This document shows, piece after piece, positions 10,708 through 20,470 of a DNA stretch of 64,000 nucleotides. The DNA lies in NCBI GenBank assembly GCA_963676565.1, contig OY781089.1, positions 320,001-384,000 on the forward strand, written 5' to 3'. Within the stretch, counting starts at the first letter, position 1, and the number at the start of each line of letters is the position of its first letter. Both the position numbers and the translations under genes were made by a program. Source of the DNA: Halarcobacter sp. (lineage in GTDB: Bacteria > Campylobacterota > Campylobacteria > Campylobacterales > Arcobacteraceae). The notes below the pieces were generated by a model that was not told the DNA's origin, searched no databases, and saw only the letters and a program-made list of their open reading frames with translations.

Positions 10708-11724
10708 TTAATACTGTTGTTTAACACTTCTGTGATACATAAAATATGTAAAAATAATCCATGATAAAGGAACTACATATAAAGAGTGTAATAATAAGTT
10801 ATCAACACTTACTTGCATAAATATATAATATGCTGTAACAAAAATTACTGCTTTCATAACTGCTTTATTTTTCTCATACCTAGGATTAAAATATCCTGCA
10901 TAAACAACTAAAAGAAGTGAAATTAAAGGAAAGATTGAGACTAAAATATTAAATGAAAATCTATCAGTATTCTGATTCATTAAAAAATTAGCTTTCCAAT
11001 AATTAAATGAAGTTGTAAAATCTTCAATATCGCTATCAACGATTGAATCATTTAAATACATGTTTTTATAGTCGATTTGATTAAGCTCTTCATCATCAAT
11101 TACAAAAGATTTTCCATTTATAAATTTAAAACTTAGATTACCATTTTCATTTTCTAAAACTGCATTATCTGAAATAATAAATTGATCTTTATTATCTTTA
11201 GTTTTAAAAAGTTTAACCTTTGAATATTTTTTATCATCTTTATCTTCTATATAAATTAACCAATCACCAAATTTTTGACCAAACTCAGAAGCTTTTATAT
11301 TAAAGTTTGCCTCTTTTTTCTTTTGCTCAATAAAAGCTTTGTTTAGATATTTTGCTTTTGGAATTAAACCAACGGATATAATTATTAAAGCGATTGTCAT
11401 AAGTATAGTTACAGGGAAAAAAATCTTTATAATATTTAATGGATTTAGACCAAATGAGGTTATTACAATAAGTTCATATTCACTAGATAGTTTAGATAAA
11501 GTTATCACTAATGATATAAAAAAAGATATTGGCAGAGTAAAAAATATAATTGTTGGCATAACATAACTATAAAGTTTTAGTAACTCTACAAAGTTTATGG
11601 TAATAGCAGAACTTAATGATGCAATTTTTACTAAAAATATGATTGATGTTATAAAATATAATCCTAAAAAAATAGGAAAAAATGTTTGAGATAACTGGCT
11701 AAGTAAGTACTCTTTTAATTTCAA
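10708..11724 (-). CDS. lptF: LptF/LptG family LPS export permease
   Basis: Three N-terminal TMs, LS..SE....SFG motif, periplasmic domain and C-terminal TMs; F versus G assignment is uncertain. Confidence 0.8.
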   Translation of the reverse strand: MKLKEYLLSQLSQTFFPIFLGLYFITSIIFLVKIASLSSAITINFVELLKLYSYVMPTIIFFTLPISFFISLVITLSKLSSEYELIVITSFGLNPLNIIKIFFPVTILMTIALIIISVGLIPKAKYLNKAFIEQKKKEANFNIKASEFGQKFGDWLIYIEDKDDKKYSKVKLFKTKDNKDQFIISDNAVLENENGNLSFKFINGKSFVIDDEELNQIDYKNMYLNDSIVDSDIEDFTTSFNYWKANFLMNQNTDRFSFNILVSIFPLISLLLVVYAGYFNPRYEKNKAVMKAVIFVTAYYIFMQVSVDNLLLHSLYVVPLSWIIFTYFMYHRSVKQQY

Positions 11725-12482
11725 TTAAAAACCTTTGATATATTAAAAAAATATTCAACAATTAAACCTAAACTTAGATAGGGAATAAAAGGTGTTTGAA
11801 TGTCTTTTTTCTTTATTTGAAAATATATAGATGGTATTATAGCAAAAAGTGATGATAAAAATATTGCTATAAATGTTCCTGGAAATCCTAATATTGCTCC
11901 AATAGATGCTAAAATAGGAATATCCCCCTCCCCTAAAGCTTCTTGTTCTTTTAAAGATTCATCTTTTAATATTCTTGACTTTATATTTTGAATATAAAAA
12001 GTTATCACAAAATTCAATAAAATAAAAGCACCTGAGACAATAAAAGCATCCTTAAAGGCATCTAACAAATCTTTTTGTGTAATTACAAATGAAAACACCA
12101 ATGCAATTAATAAAAGATAATCAGGAACCGCTTTATATTTAAAATCAATAAAAGATAAGACAATTAAAGTATAAAAAAATATCATTGAAAAAAGAAGTTC
12201 AATAGATAAACCAAGTTTTAGATATAACCCTAATGTTAATAAAGCTGTTAAAAACTCAACAATAGGATATTGTAAAGAGATTTTTTCTCCACACTCTTTA
12301 CATTTCCCCTTTAAATATATATATGAAAATAGTGGTATATTTAAGTACCAAGGGATAAGAGTTTCACAACTTGTACATCTACTTCTAGGAGTTATAAAAG
12401 ATTTTTTTATTGGAAGTCTATAAATTAGTACATTTAAAAATGACCCAATAAGAAGTCCAAATATAAAACTAAATACCTCCAA
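11721..12482 (-). CDS. Prepilin peptidase (A24 family)
   Basis: GSFLNVLIYRLP, CxxC..CxxC, ID and GEGD aspartates, PFIPYL. Confidence 0.92.
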   Translation of the reverse strand: MEVFSFIFGLLIGSFLNVLIYRLPIKKSFITPRSRCTSCETLIPWYLNIPLFSYIYLKGKCKECGEKISLQYPIVEFLTALLTLGLYLKLGLSIELLFSMIFFYTLIVLSFIDFKYKAVPDYLLLIALVFSFVITQKDLLDAFKDAFIVSGAFILLNFVITFYIQNIKSRILKDESLKEQEALGEGDIPILASIGAILGFPGTFIAIFLSSLFAIIPSIYFQIKKKDIQTPFIPYLSLGLIVEYFFNISKVFN

Positions 12483-13155
12483 ATCTTCTCTCTCGATTTG
12501 TAAAATCGCTAATTAAATCATCTAATTCTGAAGGTGTAAACTCAGGCCAAAAGGTAGGTGTAAAAAACATCTCGGCATAAGCATTTTGCCAAAGAAGATA
12601 ATTTGATAATCTAACTTCTCCACTTGTTCTAATTAACATATCAACATCAGGCATTCCTGCAGTATCCAAACAAGATTCAAAATTCTCTTTTGTAATCTCT
12701 AAACCTTTTTCCTGCATCTTTTTCATAGCCCTTAACATTTCATCTTGAGAACCATAATTTAAGGCTAAAACTTGAGTTAGTTTTGTTCCATGACTAGTTT
12801 TTTCTTCTGTTTCTTTTATTGTTTTTTGTAAAGATTTTGAAAATTTTGAGATATCTCCAATAGCTTTTAATCTAGTTTGATTTTCTAAATAAACTGGTAA
12901 CTCTTTTTTCAACCAATTTTCTAAAAGCTTCATTAAAAATTCAACTTCTAATTTTGGTCTTGACCAATTTTCTGTTGAAAAAGCATATAAAGTTAGATAT
13001 TTAACTCCAATATTAGAGCAGTGTGTAGTAATATCCCTAACTCTTTTTGCTCCCTCTTCATGGCCGGCAGTTCGTTTTAACTCTCGCTCTTTTGCCCATC
13101 TACCATTACCATCCATGATAATAGCTATATGTTTTGGGATATTATTTTCAGTCAT
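12469..13155 (-). CDS. uppS: Undecaprenyl diphosphate synthase
   Basis: HIAIIMDGNGRWA, YAFSTENW, RTSGE.RLSN and RERRFGG motifs. Confidence 0.97.
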   Translation of the reverse strand: MTENNIPKHIAIIMDGNGRWAKERELKRTAGHEEGAKRVRDITTHCSNIGVKYLTLYAFSTENWSRPKLEVEFLMKLLENWLKKELPVYLENQTRLKAIGDISKFSKSLQKTIKETEEKTSHGTKLTQVLALNYGSQDEMLRAMKKMQEKGLEITKENFESCLDTAGMPDVDMLIRTSGEVRLSNYLLWQNAYAEMFFTPTFWPEFTPSELDDLISDFTNRERRFGGI

Positions 13156-14365
13156 TATTTACAAACTCTTCTTTTACTTTTTTTATTAAATCCATTGAAA
13201 TATCAAATTTGTCTCCACAAAAAGTGCTTGAACCATTTTTTGTAATAAACTCAATAATATTTGACTCACTTCCAAAATAGTTTTCATCATCAATAATATT
13301 TAAACAAACGCCATCAATATTTTTCTTCTCTATCATTGAGCTTGCGTTGTTTTTAGCATTTTGCTTATCCATTTCAGCTTTAAAACCAATAGTTATAATA
13401 TCTTTTTTATTTAAACTATTTAAGATATCAATATTTAAAGATAGTTGTAAATTCCAAGTCTCACCGAGGTTTTCTTTTTTTAGTTTACCATTACTTTTAG
13501 GTGGGATATAATCACTTACAGCTGCAGCCATAAATAAAAATGGTTTTTTACTTTTTTCACTATTTTCTATACTATTTTTTAAATTTTCAAACATCTGTTT
13601 TGATGAATTAACTTGTGATATTTTTATAGATTTTGGAAGGTTTTCATAACCCCTTGAACTAACTAAAGTTACCTTTGCACCTTTTAAATATAAAGCTTTT
13701 GCTAAAGATGAAGCCATTTTCCCTGAAGAGAAATTTGAGATATATCTAACATCATCTATTTTTTCTAAAGTTCCACCACCACTTATAATTACCTCTCTAT
13801 TATCCCAATACTCATCTTTTAAAAGTTGTTTTGATGTTTCATAAAAGATTTCTTCGGGTTCAGCCATTGCTCCATCGCCAACATCTTTACAAGCTAACTC
13901 TTTTATTTGTGATGAGATTATCTTGAAATTGTACTTTTCAAGTTTTTTAAGACTATCAACAGTAATTTGATTTTGTATCATATTTGTATTTGCTGCAGGA
14001 GCTATTAACTTTAAATTTGGATATGCTAAAACTGTTTGAGTTAAAAGATTATCAGCTATTCCATTTGCTAATTTGTTTATAGTGTTTGCTGTTGCAGGGG
14101 CTATTACAAAAATATCTGCCCACTTTCCAATATCTATATGGTTATAAACTGATTTTTTGTCCCAAGATTCTGTTTGATCACATAAGACTTTGTTTTGAGA
14201 AATTGCTTCAAAAGTTAGTGGCGTTATAAACTTTGTAGCAGCCTTTGTCATTATAACTTTTACATTAGCTCCTTGCTTTATATAAAGTCTAATAAGCTCT
14301 AAACTTTTATAAATAGCAATAGAACTACTTATCCCAACTAAAATATTTTTATCTTTTAACAACAT
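13148..14365 (-). CDS. coaBC: Bifunctional phosphopantothenoylcysteine decarboxylase/ligase
   Basis: SIAIYK, APATANT, LAC.D.G.G.M, E.ID.VRYISNFSSGKM, AAAVSDY and GFKAE motifs. Confidence 0.95.
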   Translation of the reverse strand: MLLKDKNILVGISSSIAIYKSLELIRLYIKQGANVKVIMTKAATKFITPLTFEAISQNKVLCDQTESWDKKSVYNHIDIGKWADIFVIAPATANTINKLANGIADNLLTQTVLAYPNLKLIAPAANTNMIQNQITVDSLKKLEKYNFKIISSQIKELACKDVGDGAMAEPEEIFYETSKQLLKDEYWDNREVIISGGGTLEKIDDVRYISNFSSGKMASSLAKALYLKGAKVTLVSSRGYENLPKSIKISQVNSSKQMFENLKNSIENSEKSKKPFLFMAAAVSDYIPPKSNGKLKKENLGETWNLQLSLNIDILNSLNKKDIITIGFKAEMDKQNAKNNASSMIEKKNIDGVCLNIIDDENYFGSESNIIEFITKNGSSTFCGDKFDISMDLIKKVKEEFVNND

Positions 14366-14374
14366 CTATTTTCT

Positions 14375-15670
14375 TTATTTCTTATTTCCAAAATGTTTAT
14401 AAAAATAGCCATCAATTTTTTTTGCTTTACTTCTTGTTAAATAAAGTTCACCTGCTTTAACATCACCTGTTACAGTTGAGCCAGCACCAATTAATACATC
14501 ATCTTCAATATTAACTGGGGCTACAAATTGAGTATCACTTCCTACAAATACATTTTTTCCAATAATAGTTTTATACTTTTTAATTCCATCATAATTACAA
14601 GTAATTGTTCCACAACCAATATTTGTGCCCTCATCAATCTCACAATCTCCAAGATATGACAAATGCCCCGCTTTTACGCCATTTAATTTTGCTTTTTTTG
14701 TTTCTACAAAATTTCCTAAGTGAGTCCCAATTATTTCGCTTCCTGGTCTAACCCTTGCCATTGGTCCAGCATCACTATCTATTAACACAGCATCTTCAAT
14801 CACTGTATTTGTTTTTATATGAGAATTTACAATTTTAGTATTTCCTAATAAAGTAACTCCATTTTCTAAAATAGATTCACCTTCAATAGTAACACCCTCT
14901 TCTATATAAATAGTATCAGGCAATCGCATAATAACTCCAGCTTTTAAGAACTCTCTTTTTATTCTATTTTGGTGAATCACTTCAGCTTCAGATAAATCTA
15001 ATTTTGAATTTACACCTTTAAAGTTTTCTTCATTTACAATAAGTGGTTTTAAAACTAGTCCTTGATTTATAGCCATCTCAACTAAATCAGTAATATAGTA
15101 TTCTTTTTGGGCATTGTCATTTGAAAGTTTTGGCAGGTTTTCAAGTAAGAATTTTGAACAAAACTGATAAATTCCAGCATTTGCAGTTGTAACTGCTAAC
15201 TCACTTTGAGAAGCATCTTTTTGTTCAACAATTTTTTTAACATTTCCATTTTCAATAATCACTCTTCCATAACCATCTGCGCTTTGAAGCTCAAGTACAG
15301 ACATAACAATTGTTGCATCAATATCAAATTTTTTAAGCTCATCAGCTTGAATTAAAGGCATATCTCCATTTAAAACCAACACTTTTTCATATTTTGGTTT
15401 TATTCCCATAACAGCACCACCAGTTCCTGGATAGTTTTCATGGTCTTGAATTACATAATTTATTCCATCAAAATATTTTTCCATTTCCCCTTGAACTTTT
15501 TGAGCTTGATGAAATAATACTACTGTAATATCATCACTTAATTCTAAAGCTTCTTTAATTGAATAGTAAAGCATTGGTTTCCCAGAGATTTTATGTAAAA
15601 CCTTTGGAAGGTTTGATTTCATCCTTGTTCCAGCACCAGCTGCTAAAATTATTATAGATTTATTTGACAT
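14375..15670 (-). CDS. glmU: Bifunctional UDP-GlcNAc pyrophosphorylase/glucosamine-1-P N-acetyltransferase
   Basis: LAAGAGTRMKS.LPKVLH, EYYITD, GHLSYLGD and NYDG motifs; hexapeptide repeats. Confidence 0.97.
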   Translation of the reverse strand: MSNKSIIILAAGAGTRMKSNLPKVLHKISGKPMLYYSIKEALELSDDITVVLFHQAQKVQGEMEKYFDGINYVIQDHENYPGTGGAVMGIKPKYEKVLVLNGDMPLIQADELKKFDIDATIVMSVLELQSADGYGRVIIENGNVKKIVEQKDASQSELAVTTANAGIYQFCSKFLLENLPKLSNDNAQKEYYITDLVEMAINQGLVLKPLIVNEENFKGVNSKLDLSEAEVIHQNRIKREFLKAGVIMRLPDTIYIEEGVTIEGESILENGVTLLGNTKIVNSHIKTNTVIEDAVLIDSDAGPMARVRPGSEIIGTHLGNFVETKKAKLNGVKAGHLSYLGDCEIDEGTNIGCGTITCNYDGIKKYKTIIGKNVFVGSDTQFVAPVNIEDDVLIGAGSTVTGDVKAGELYLTRSKAKKIDGYFYKHFGNKK

Positions 15671-15676
15671 TAATTT

Positions 15677-17617
15677 TTATCCTTCTAAAGCTTCTTTTAT
15701 CTCTTTTTTTAAGTTTTCAATAACCTCTTCAATTGCTGTTCTCATTTTTGTATCAGTTATATTTGCATCTAATAAATTATCTAAATTTTTTTCTCTTTCT
15801 TTAAAAAACTTTGCTACTGATTTACTTTTTTTATTGTGGTTATACATTAGTACGCCAGATAAAATAAGTACAACAACAAGTTTTGTATGCCCTAAAATTG
15901 CAGCATAGTTTAATATAGTAAATCCTGCAAAATCAGGTTCATTTATATTTGCTCCTGCTGCTATTAAAAGTCTTGCAATTTTATAATTACCTTTCCATTG
16001 AGTATGGTGTAAAGCTGTTCTTCCTTGTTTATCTTTTATATCTAAATTAACTTTTTTAGTAAGAAGTTTTTCCATCACTTCTAAATCATTTGCAAAGGCA
16101 GCTTTATGGAAAACTGTTCGTCCCTCTTTATCAATGGTATTAACATCAATCCTAAATTTTAAAAGAAAAACTAACTTTTCTAAGAATACTTCTTTTTCTT
16201 TGTTGTTTTTAATTTCAAGACCTCTATCAACTAAATAAGATAAAGGTGTATTCATATCATTATCAACAATATTTAAATCAAGTCCAGCATTAACAAAGAT
16301 TTTTATTAACTCTAAATTATCATAATCAAGTAGATCATAAATAATTGTTTTTCCATCACTTCTTGGTTCATTTATCCTTGGCTTAAATAAAAGCATTTTC
16401 TTTAAAAGTTGAAAATAATCATCTTTTAAATCCAAATCAAAAAATCTCTTTGAACTTGGCTTTTTATTATTTCTTGTGATTAGTACAGCTTCTGCTAAAT
16501 CATCAATTATTGTTTTTTCATTAAAATCTCTATGGTCAATATCTGCACCTCTAGCAATTAGATGGTCTATCATATTCATATTTGATTGACCCTTTAAAAC
16601 GGCATCAAATATAACTGTACGTCCCTCTTTGTCTTGTGCATTTACATCAGCCCCAGAGGCTATTAAAAAATCAATAGTGTCGTAATTTTGCCTTTCAACT
16701 TCTTTGTAAAGAATCGTTTTTCCATCAATATCAGTTCTATCAACTGCAAGTCCCATATCTATTAAGATTCCAGTTAATTTTAAGTAGTTTCTATCTGAGC
16801 TTACTAATCTATATTTTCCTTCAACTTTTTCATCGGGTTTATTTACTATTGCAAGAAGTTTTAAAATCTCATCAAGTATAGTTTTTTCTGCGTAATCTTT
16901 TATATTTAATTTTGCACCCTTTTCAATTAATAATTCAATAATTGGAAGATTTGTTGAACCTAAAATAACTGCATTAAATAAAGCTGTTTGACGCTTTTTA
17001 TTCAAAATATTTACATCTATTCCATTTGAGATTAAAAATTTTGCTACTTCAGGATTCTCTTTTAAAACTGCATTAAATAAAACTGATTGTCCATCATTAT
17101 CAACAATATTAATATCATCTATATTATTTACAACTTCTCTTATAATATCAATATTTCCACCATCAACAGCATCAAAAAGTACAGTTCTACCGTAATGGTC
17201 TCTAATATCTAGATTTGGGTTTTGTGTCATTAGGATTCTAAATGCTTTTTCGTTCTCTTCTAAAGCTGCATCATGTAAAACTGTTCTTCCTGAAGAATTG
17301 ATATGATTTACAGAAGCACCATGCTCAAGTAAAAATCTTATCATCATCCCATCAATTTTATCAACAGCTTCACTTAAAACTGTTTTTCCAAAATTATCCT
17401 CAGAATTAATATCTATTCCGTTTCTAATTAAAAGTTTTATTGATTCTATTCTTCTTTTTGCAGACAATTCAAAGAGCATGGTTCGCCCTTTTGCATCTTT
17501 TCTATTTATATTTACTCCACTATCGATTAAAGTTTGTATTTTCTTTTCATCAATATAGTTTTTAAGTAATTCTTTTTGTAAAGCTTCTGCACCATCAGTT
17601 TTAAACATTCCAAGCAT
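15677..17617 (-). CDS. Ankyrin-repeat protein
   Basis: Many D..G.T.L..A ... L...GA.IN ankyrin units across 646 aa; no signal peptide seen; extended -10 TGA-TATAAT at 17661-17653. Confidence 0.9.
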   Translation of the reverse strand: MLGMFKTDGAEALQKELLKNYIDEKKIQTLIDSGVNINRKDAKGRTMLFELSAKRRIESIKLLIRNGIDINSEDNFGKTVLSEAVDKIDGMMIRFLLEHGASVNHINSSGRTVLHDAALEENEKAFRILMTQNPNLDIRDHYGRTVLFDAVDGGNIDIIREVVNNIDDINIVDNDGQSVLFNAVLKENPEVAKFLISNGIDVNILNKKRQTALFNAVILGSTNLPIIELLIEKGAKLNIKDYAEKTILDEILKLLAIVNKPDEKVEGKYRLVSSDRNYLKLTGILIDMGLAVDRTDIDGKTILYKEVERQNYDTIDFLIASGADVNAQDKEGRTVIFDAVLKGQSNMNMIDHLIARGADIDHRDFNEKTIIDDLAEAVLITRNNKKPSSKRFFDLDLKDDYFQLLKKMLLFKPRINEPRSDGKTIIYDLLDYDNLELIKIFVNAGLDLNIVDNDMNTPLSYLVDRGLEIKNNKEKEVFLEKLVFLLKFRIDVNTIDKEGRTVFHKAAFANDLEVMEKLLTKKVNLDIKDKQGRTALHHTQWKGNYKIARLLIAAGANINEPDFAGFTILNYAAILGHTKLVVVLILSGVLMYNHNKKSKSVAKFFKEREKNLDNLLDANITDTKMRTAIEEVIENLKKEIKEALEG

Positions 17618-17670
17618 CTAATAATTCCTATCAAAGTTGCGTAAAGTAATAGATTATATCAAAAAAAAAT

Positions 17671-19203
17671 TTAATAACGTCTTCTTCCATTTCCTCTTGT
17701 TGGCCTAGTATATTTTTTCTTGAATTCTGGCTCTTTTATTTTAATATTTGACTTTAATGTTTTTTCTATAAAGCTATTAAAACTATTTCTTAAAATCACT
17801 GCCTTATCATAATCTGGAAAAATATCTGGAAATTTATATGATAACCATAAATAAAGTGAGATTTTTTTAACTTCATCTTCCACTAGTAATAAATCTTTTG
17901 CAGTTACTGCTTTTTTTGGAAGTGTAATTGATGGTTTATATCTACAAATTTTATTTTTTATAACTGAAGCAACATAGGCTTCATACGCTTGTAAAATAAT
18001 AGTTGATTTTATGGTAATTGGAGCTTGAGCCAATAGATATTTATCTTCTAAACTTAGTTTTTCTCTTCTATCAATAATTGCTGCTGCATCAAGCATAGAT
18101 GAAATATTTGAAGCTATAAAAGGTCCATCAAAATTCATATTATCTTTAAAATATTTTAGAATTTTAGTTAATGATTTTGTTTTAATATGAGAGGCCAACT
18201 CTTCAAGTTGTTCACTACTCATTTTTACTTTATAAGGTGGTTTAATTGTCCTAATTGGTGAATTAAATTCCTCTTTTATGTAAGATAAAACATCTCTTCT
18301 AGTTGCTCCTAGAAAGCCTACTTCATGGTGTCCATATCTTCCTGCACGACCTGCAATTTGAACAATTTCATTAACACTTAGCTTCCTTCTACTAACTCCA
18401 TCAAACTTAGTATCAGTTGTAAAAAGTATATTTTTAATAGGAAGATTTAAGCCCATAGAAATAGCATCTGTTGCTATTAAAATATCACTTTGTTTTTCCC
18501 TAAAACGTCTTGCTTCATCACGTCTTACTTCTGGAGATAAATTTCCATAAATCACTGAAACTCTATATTTTTTTTGTAACTTTTGTTTTAGTTTTAAAAC
18601 ATCACTTCTAGAAAAAGCGATTAAAGCAGTACCTGCTTCTAGATGCTCTAAAGAAGTATGTCTTGCCATAACTTTTAGAGGGGTTTTTCTTTTATGTTTT
18701 ACAACTTCAAGTTCTTCTCCAAGATAAGCTGCTATTTTTGTAACTGCATCTAATGCATTTACGCTCCCTGTCATAATAATAGTTTTTGCAGGACATCCAA
18801 TAATTGCATTAACCCATGCCCAACCTCTATCTTCATCATCTAACATTTGAACTTCATCAATGATAGCTGTGTCAACATCTAGATTAAAATCTAACATCTC
18901 AATAGTTGAACATACATGGGATGCATCTTCATCAATAATTTGTTCTTCACCGGTTATTAAAGTTGCTTCAATATCATTTTGTTTTAAATCTTCAAAACCC
19001 TCAAGGGCGAGAAGTCTAAGTGGAGCTAAATATAAGCCACTGTTTGCTTTTTTTAGTTCAAGCATAGCATTATAGGTTTTACCAGAGTTTGTTGGTCCTA
19101 CAAAAAACTTTAGTTTTCTATTCATACTACGTGCAAGGGGGAAAAGTGATTTTAAATCACACTTTAAAAATGACTGTAATTGTTCTTGGAATGTTTCTTT
19201 CAT
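17671..19203 (-). CDS. Suv3-like SF2 helicase
   Basis: GPTNSGKT, APLRLLA, STIEM, DEVQ..RGWAW, ATDAISMGLN and QIAGRAGR motifs. Start moved to ATG 19203, which avoids overlap with trmA and has a TATAAT 6 nt upstream. Confidence 0.85.
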   Translation of the reverse strand: MKETFQEQLQSFLKCDLKSLFPLARSMNRKLKFFVGPTNSGKTYNAMLELKKANSGLYLAPLRLLALEGFEDLKQNDIEATLITGEEQIIDEDASHVCSTIEMLDFNLDVDTAIIDEVQMLDDEDRGWAWVNAIIGCPAKTIIMTGSVNALDAVTKIAAYLGEELEVVKHKRKTPLKVMARHTSLEHLEAGTALIAFSRSDVLKLKQKLQKKYRVSVIYGNLSPEVRRDEARRFREKQSDILIATDAISMGLNLPIKNILFTTDTKFDGVSRRKLSVNEIVQIAGRAGRYGHHEVGFLGATRRDVLSYIKEEFNSPIRTIKPPYKVKMSSEQLEELASHIKTKSLTKILKYFKDNMNFDGPFIASNISSMLDAAAIIDRREKLSLEDKYLLAQAPITIKSTIILQAYEAYVASVIKNKICRYKPSITLPKKAVTAKDLLLVEDEVKKISLYLWLSYKFPDIFPDYDKAVILRNSFNSFIEKTLKSNIKIKEPEFKKKYTRPTRGNGRRRY

Positions 19204-19270
19204 GGGCGTATTATAGTAAATAGAATATAATATCTGTTTAAATAAAAAAACTATTTTAAGGCACTTGATT

Positions 19271-20392
19271 ATGACATGTGAATATTTTGGTAAATGTGGC
19301 TCTTGCAAACTTTATGAAATGAACTATGAGCAACAACTTGAATACAAAATAAAAAGAGAAAAAGAAAGATTTTCTAACTTTACAAATATGGAATTTGATA
19401 TTATAAAAAGTGAAGAAGAAAATTTTAGATATAGAGCAGAGTTTAGAATATGGAAAAACTTTGATGATAAAGAAAATCCAACTATTTCATATGCTATGAC
19501 ATCTTTTGATAAAACTACTTTAGAAATAAATTCTTGTCAAATTGTATCAAAACAAATTCAAGAACTTATGCCTATTTTACTTGAAAAACTACAAAATGAT
19601 GAAGAGTTTAGATTTAAACTATATGCAATTGAGTTTTTAAATTCAACAACACAAGATATGCTTGTAACTTTAATTTATCACAAAAAACTTGAAAAAAATT
19701 GGATTCAAAAAGCAAAAAAATTAGAAGAAGAATTAAATATAAAAATCATAGGACGAAGTAGAAAACAAAAAGAAGTTTTAAGTAAAGACTTTATCAATGA
19801 AAAACTAAATATTGATGAAGAGAGTTTTAAATTTCATTATAAAGAAGGTGGCTTTACTCAACCAAATACAAAAGTTAATGTTAAAATGATTGAATGGGTT
19901 TTAAAACATTTAGAAAAATCTGACAAAGATTTATGTGAACTATATTGTGGAGGTGGGAACTTTACAATTCCTTTAAGTAAAAAATTTAATAAAGTTTTAG
20001 CAACAGAAATATCAAAAACATCTATTAATTCAGCACTTGAAAACTGTAAATTAAATGGTATAGAAAATATAGACTTTATTAGAATGAGTGCTGAAGAGTT
20101 TGTGGAAGCTTTAAATGAAAAAAGAGAGTTTAGAAGATTAAAAGATGTAAATCTAAAAGATTATAACTTTGACACTATTTTTGTTGATCCTCCAAGGGCA
20201 GGTTTAGATGAGACAACAAGAAATTTAGTAAAAAATTACGAAAAGATAATTTATATATCTTGTAATCCTGAAACACTTCATAGAGATTTAGAAACTTTAA
20301 CTAAAACACATCAAATCAAAAATTTCGCACTTTTTGACCAATTTTCTTACACAGAACATATAGAATCTGGAATACTTTTACAAAAAGTATAA
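19271..20392 (+). CDS. trmA: tRNA (uridine(54)-C5)-methyltransferase
   Basis: RYRAEF, FTQPN, ELYCG.GNF, VDPPRAG, YISCNP and DQF.YT.HIE motifs. Confidence 0.95.
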   Translation: MTCEYFGKCGSCKLYEMNYEQQLEYKIKREKERFSNFTNMEFDIIKSEEENFRYRAEFRIWKNFDDKENPTISYAMTSFDKTTLEINSCQIVSKQIQELMPILLEKLQNDEEFRFKLYAIEFLNSTTQDMLVTLIYHKKLEKNWIQKAKKLEEELNIKIIGRSRKQKEVLSKDFINEKLNIDEESFKFHYKEGGFTQPNTKVNVKMIEWVLKHLEKSDKDLCELYCGGGNFTIPLSKKFNKVLATEISKTSINSALENCKLNGIENIDFIRMSAEEFVEALNEKREFRRLKDVNLKDYNFDTIFVDPPRAGLDETTRNLVKNYEKIIYISCNPETLHRDLETLTKTHQIKNFALFDQFSYTEHIESGILLQKV

Positions 20393-20429
20393 TTATTAAG
20401 AAAATATTAAGAAAAATATAAATAATTTT

Positions 20430-20438
20430 TGCTAAAAT
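20430..20438 (+). promoter_or_regulatory. Extended -10 promoter box of flagellin 1
   Basis: TG-C-TAAAAT 32 nt before the ATG; tandem attaagaaaa repeats upstream; no sigma28 or sigma54 consensus seen. Confidence 0.55.
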
Positions 20439-20470
20439 ATGTACATATTAAACACATGAAAAGGTAACTC

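Noticed and set aside
4739..11566. Short opposite-strand ORFs (4739, 5477, 6201, 6655, 9150, 11339)
   Set aside because: They lie wholly antisense to well-supported genes and show no recognisable motifs
19204..19308. N-terminal extension of the helicase ORF in the ORF track
   Set aside because: It overlaps trmA and both divergent -10 boxes; ATG 19203 fits better
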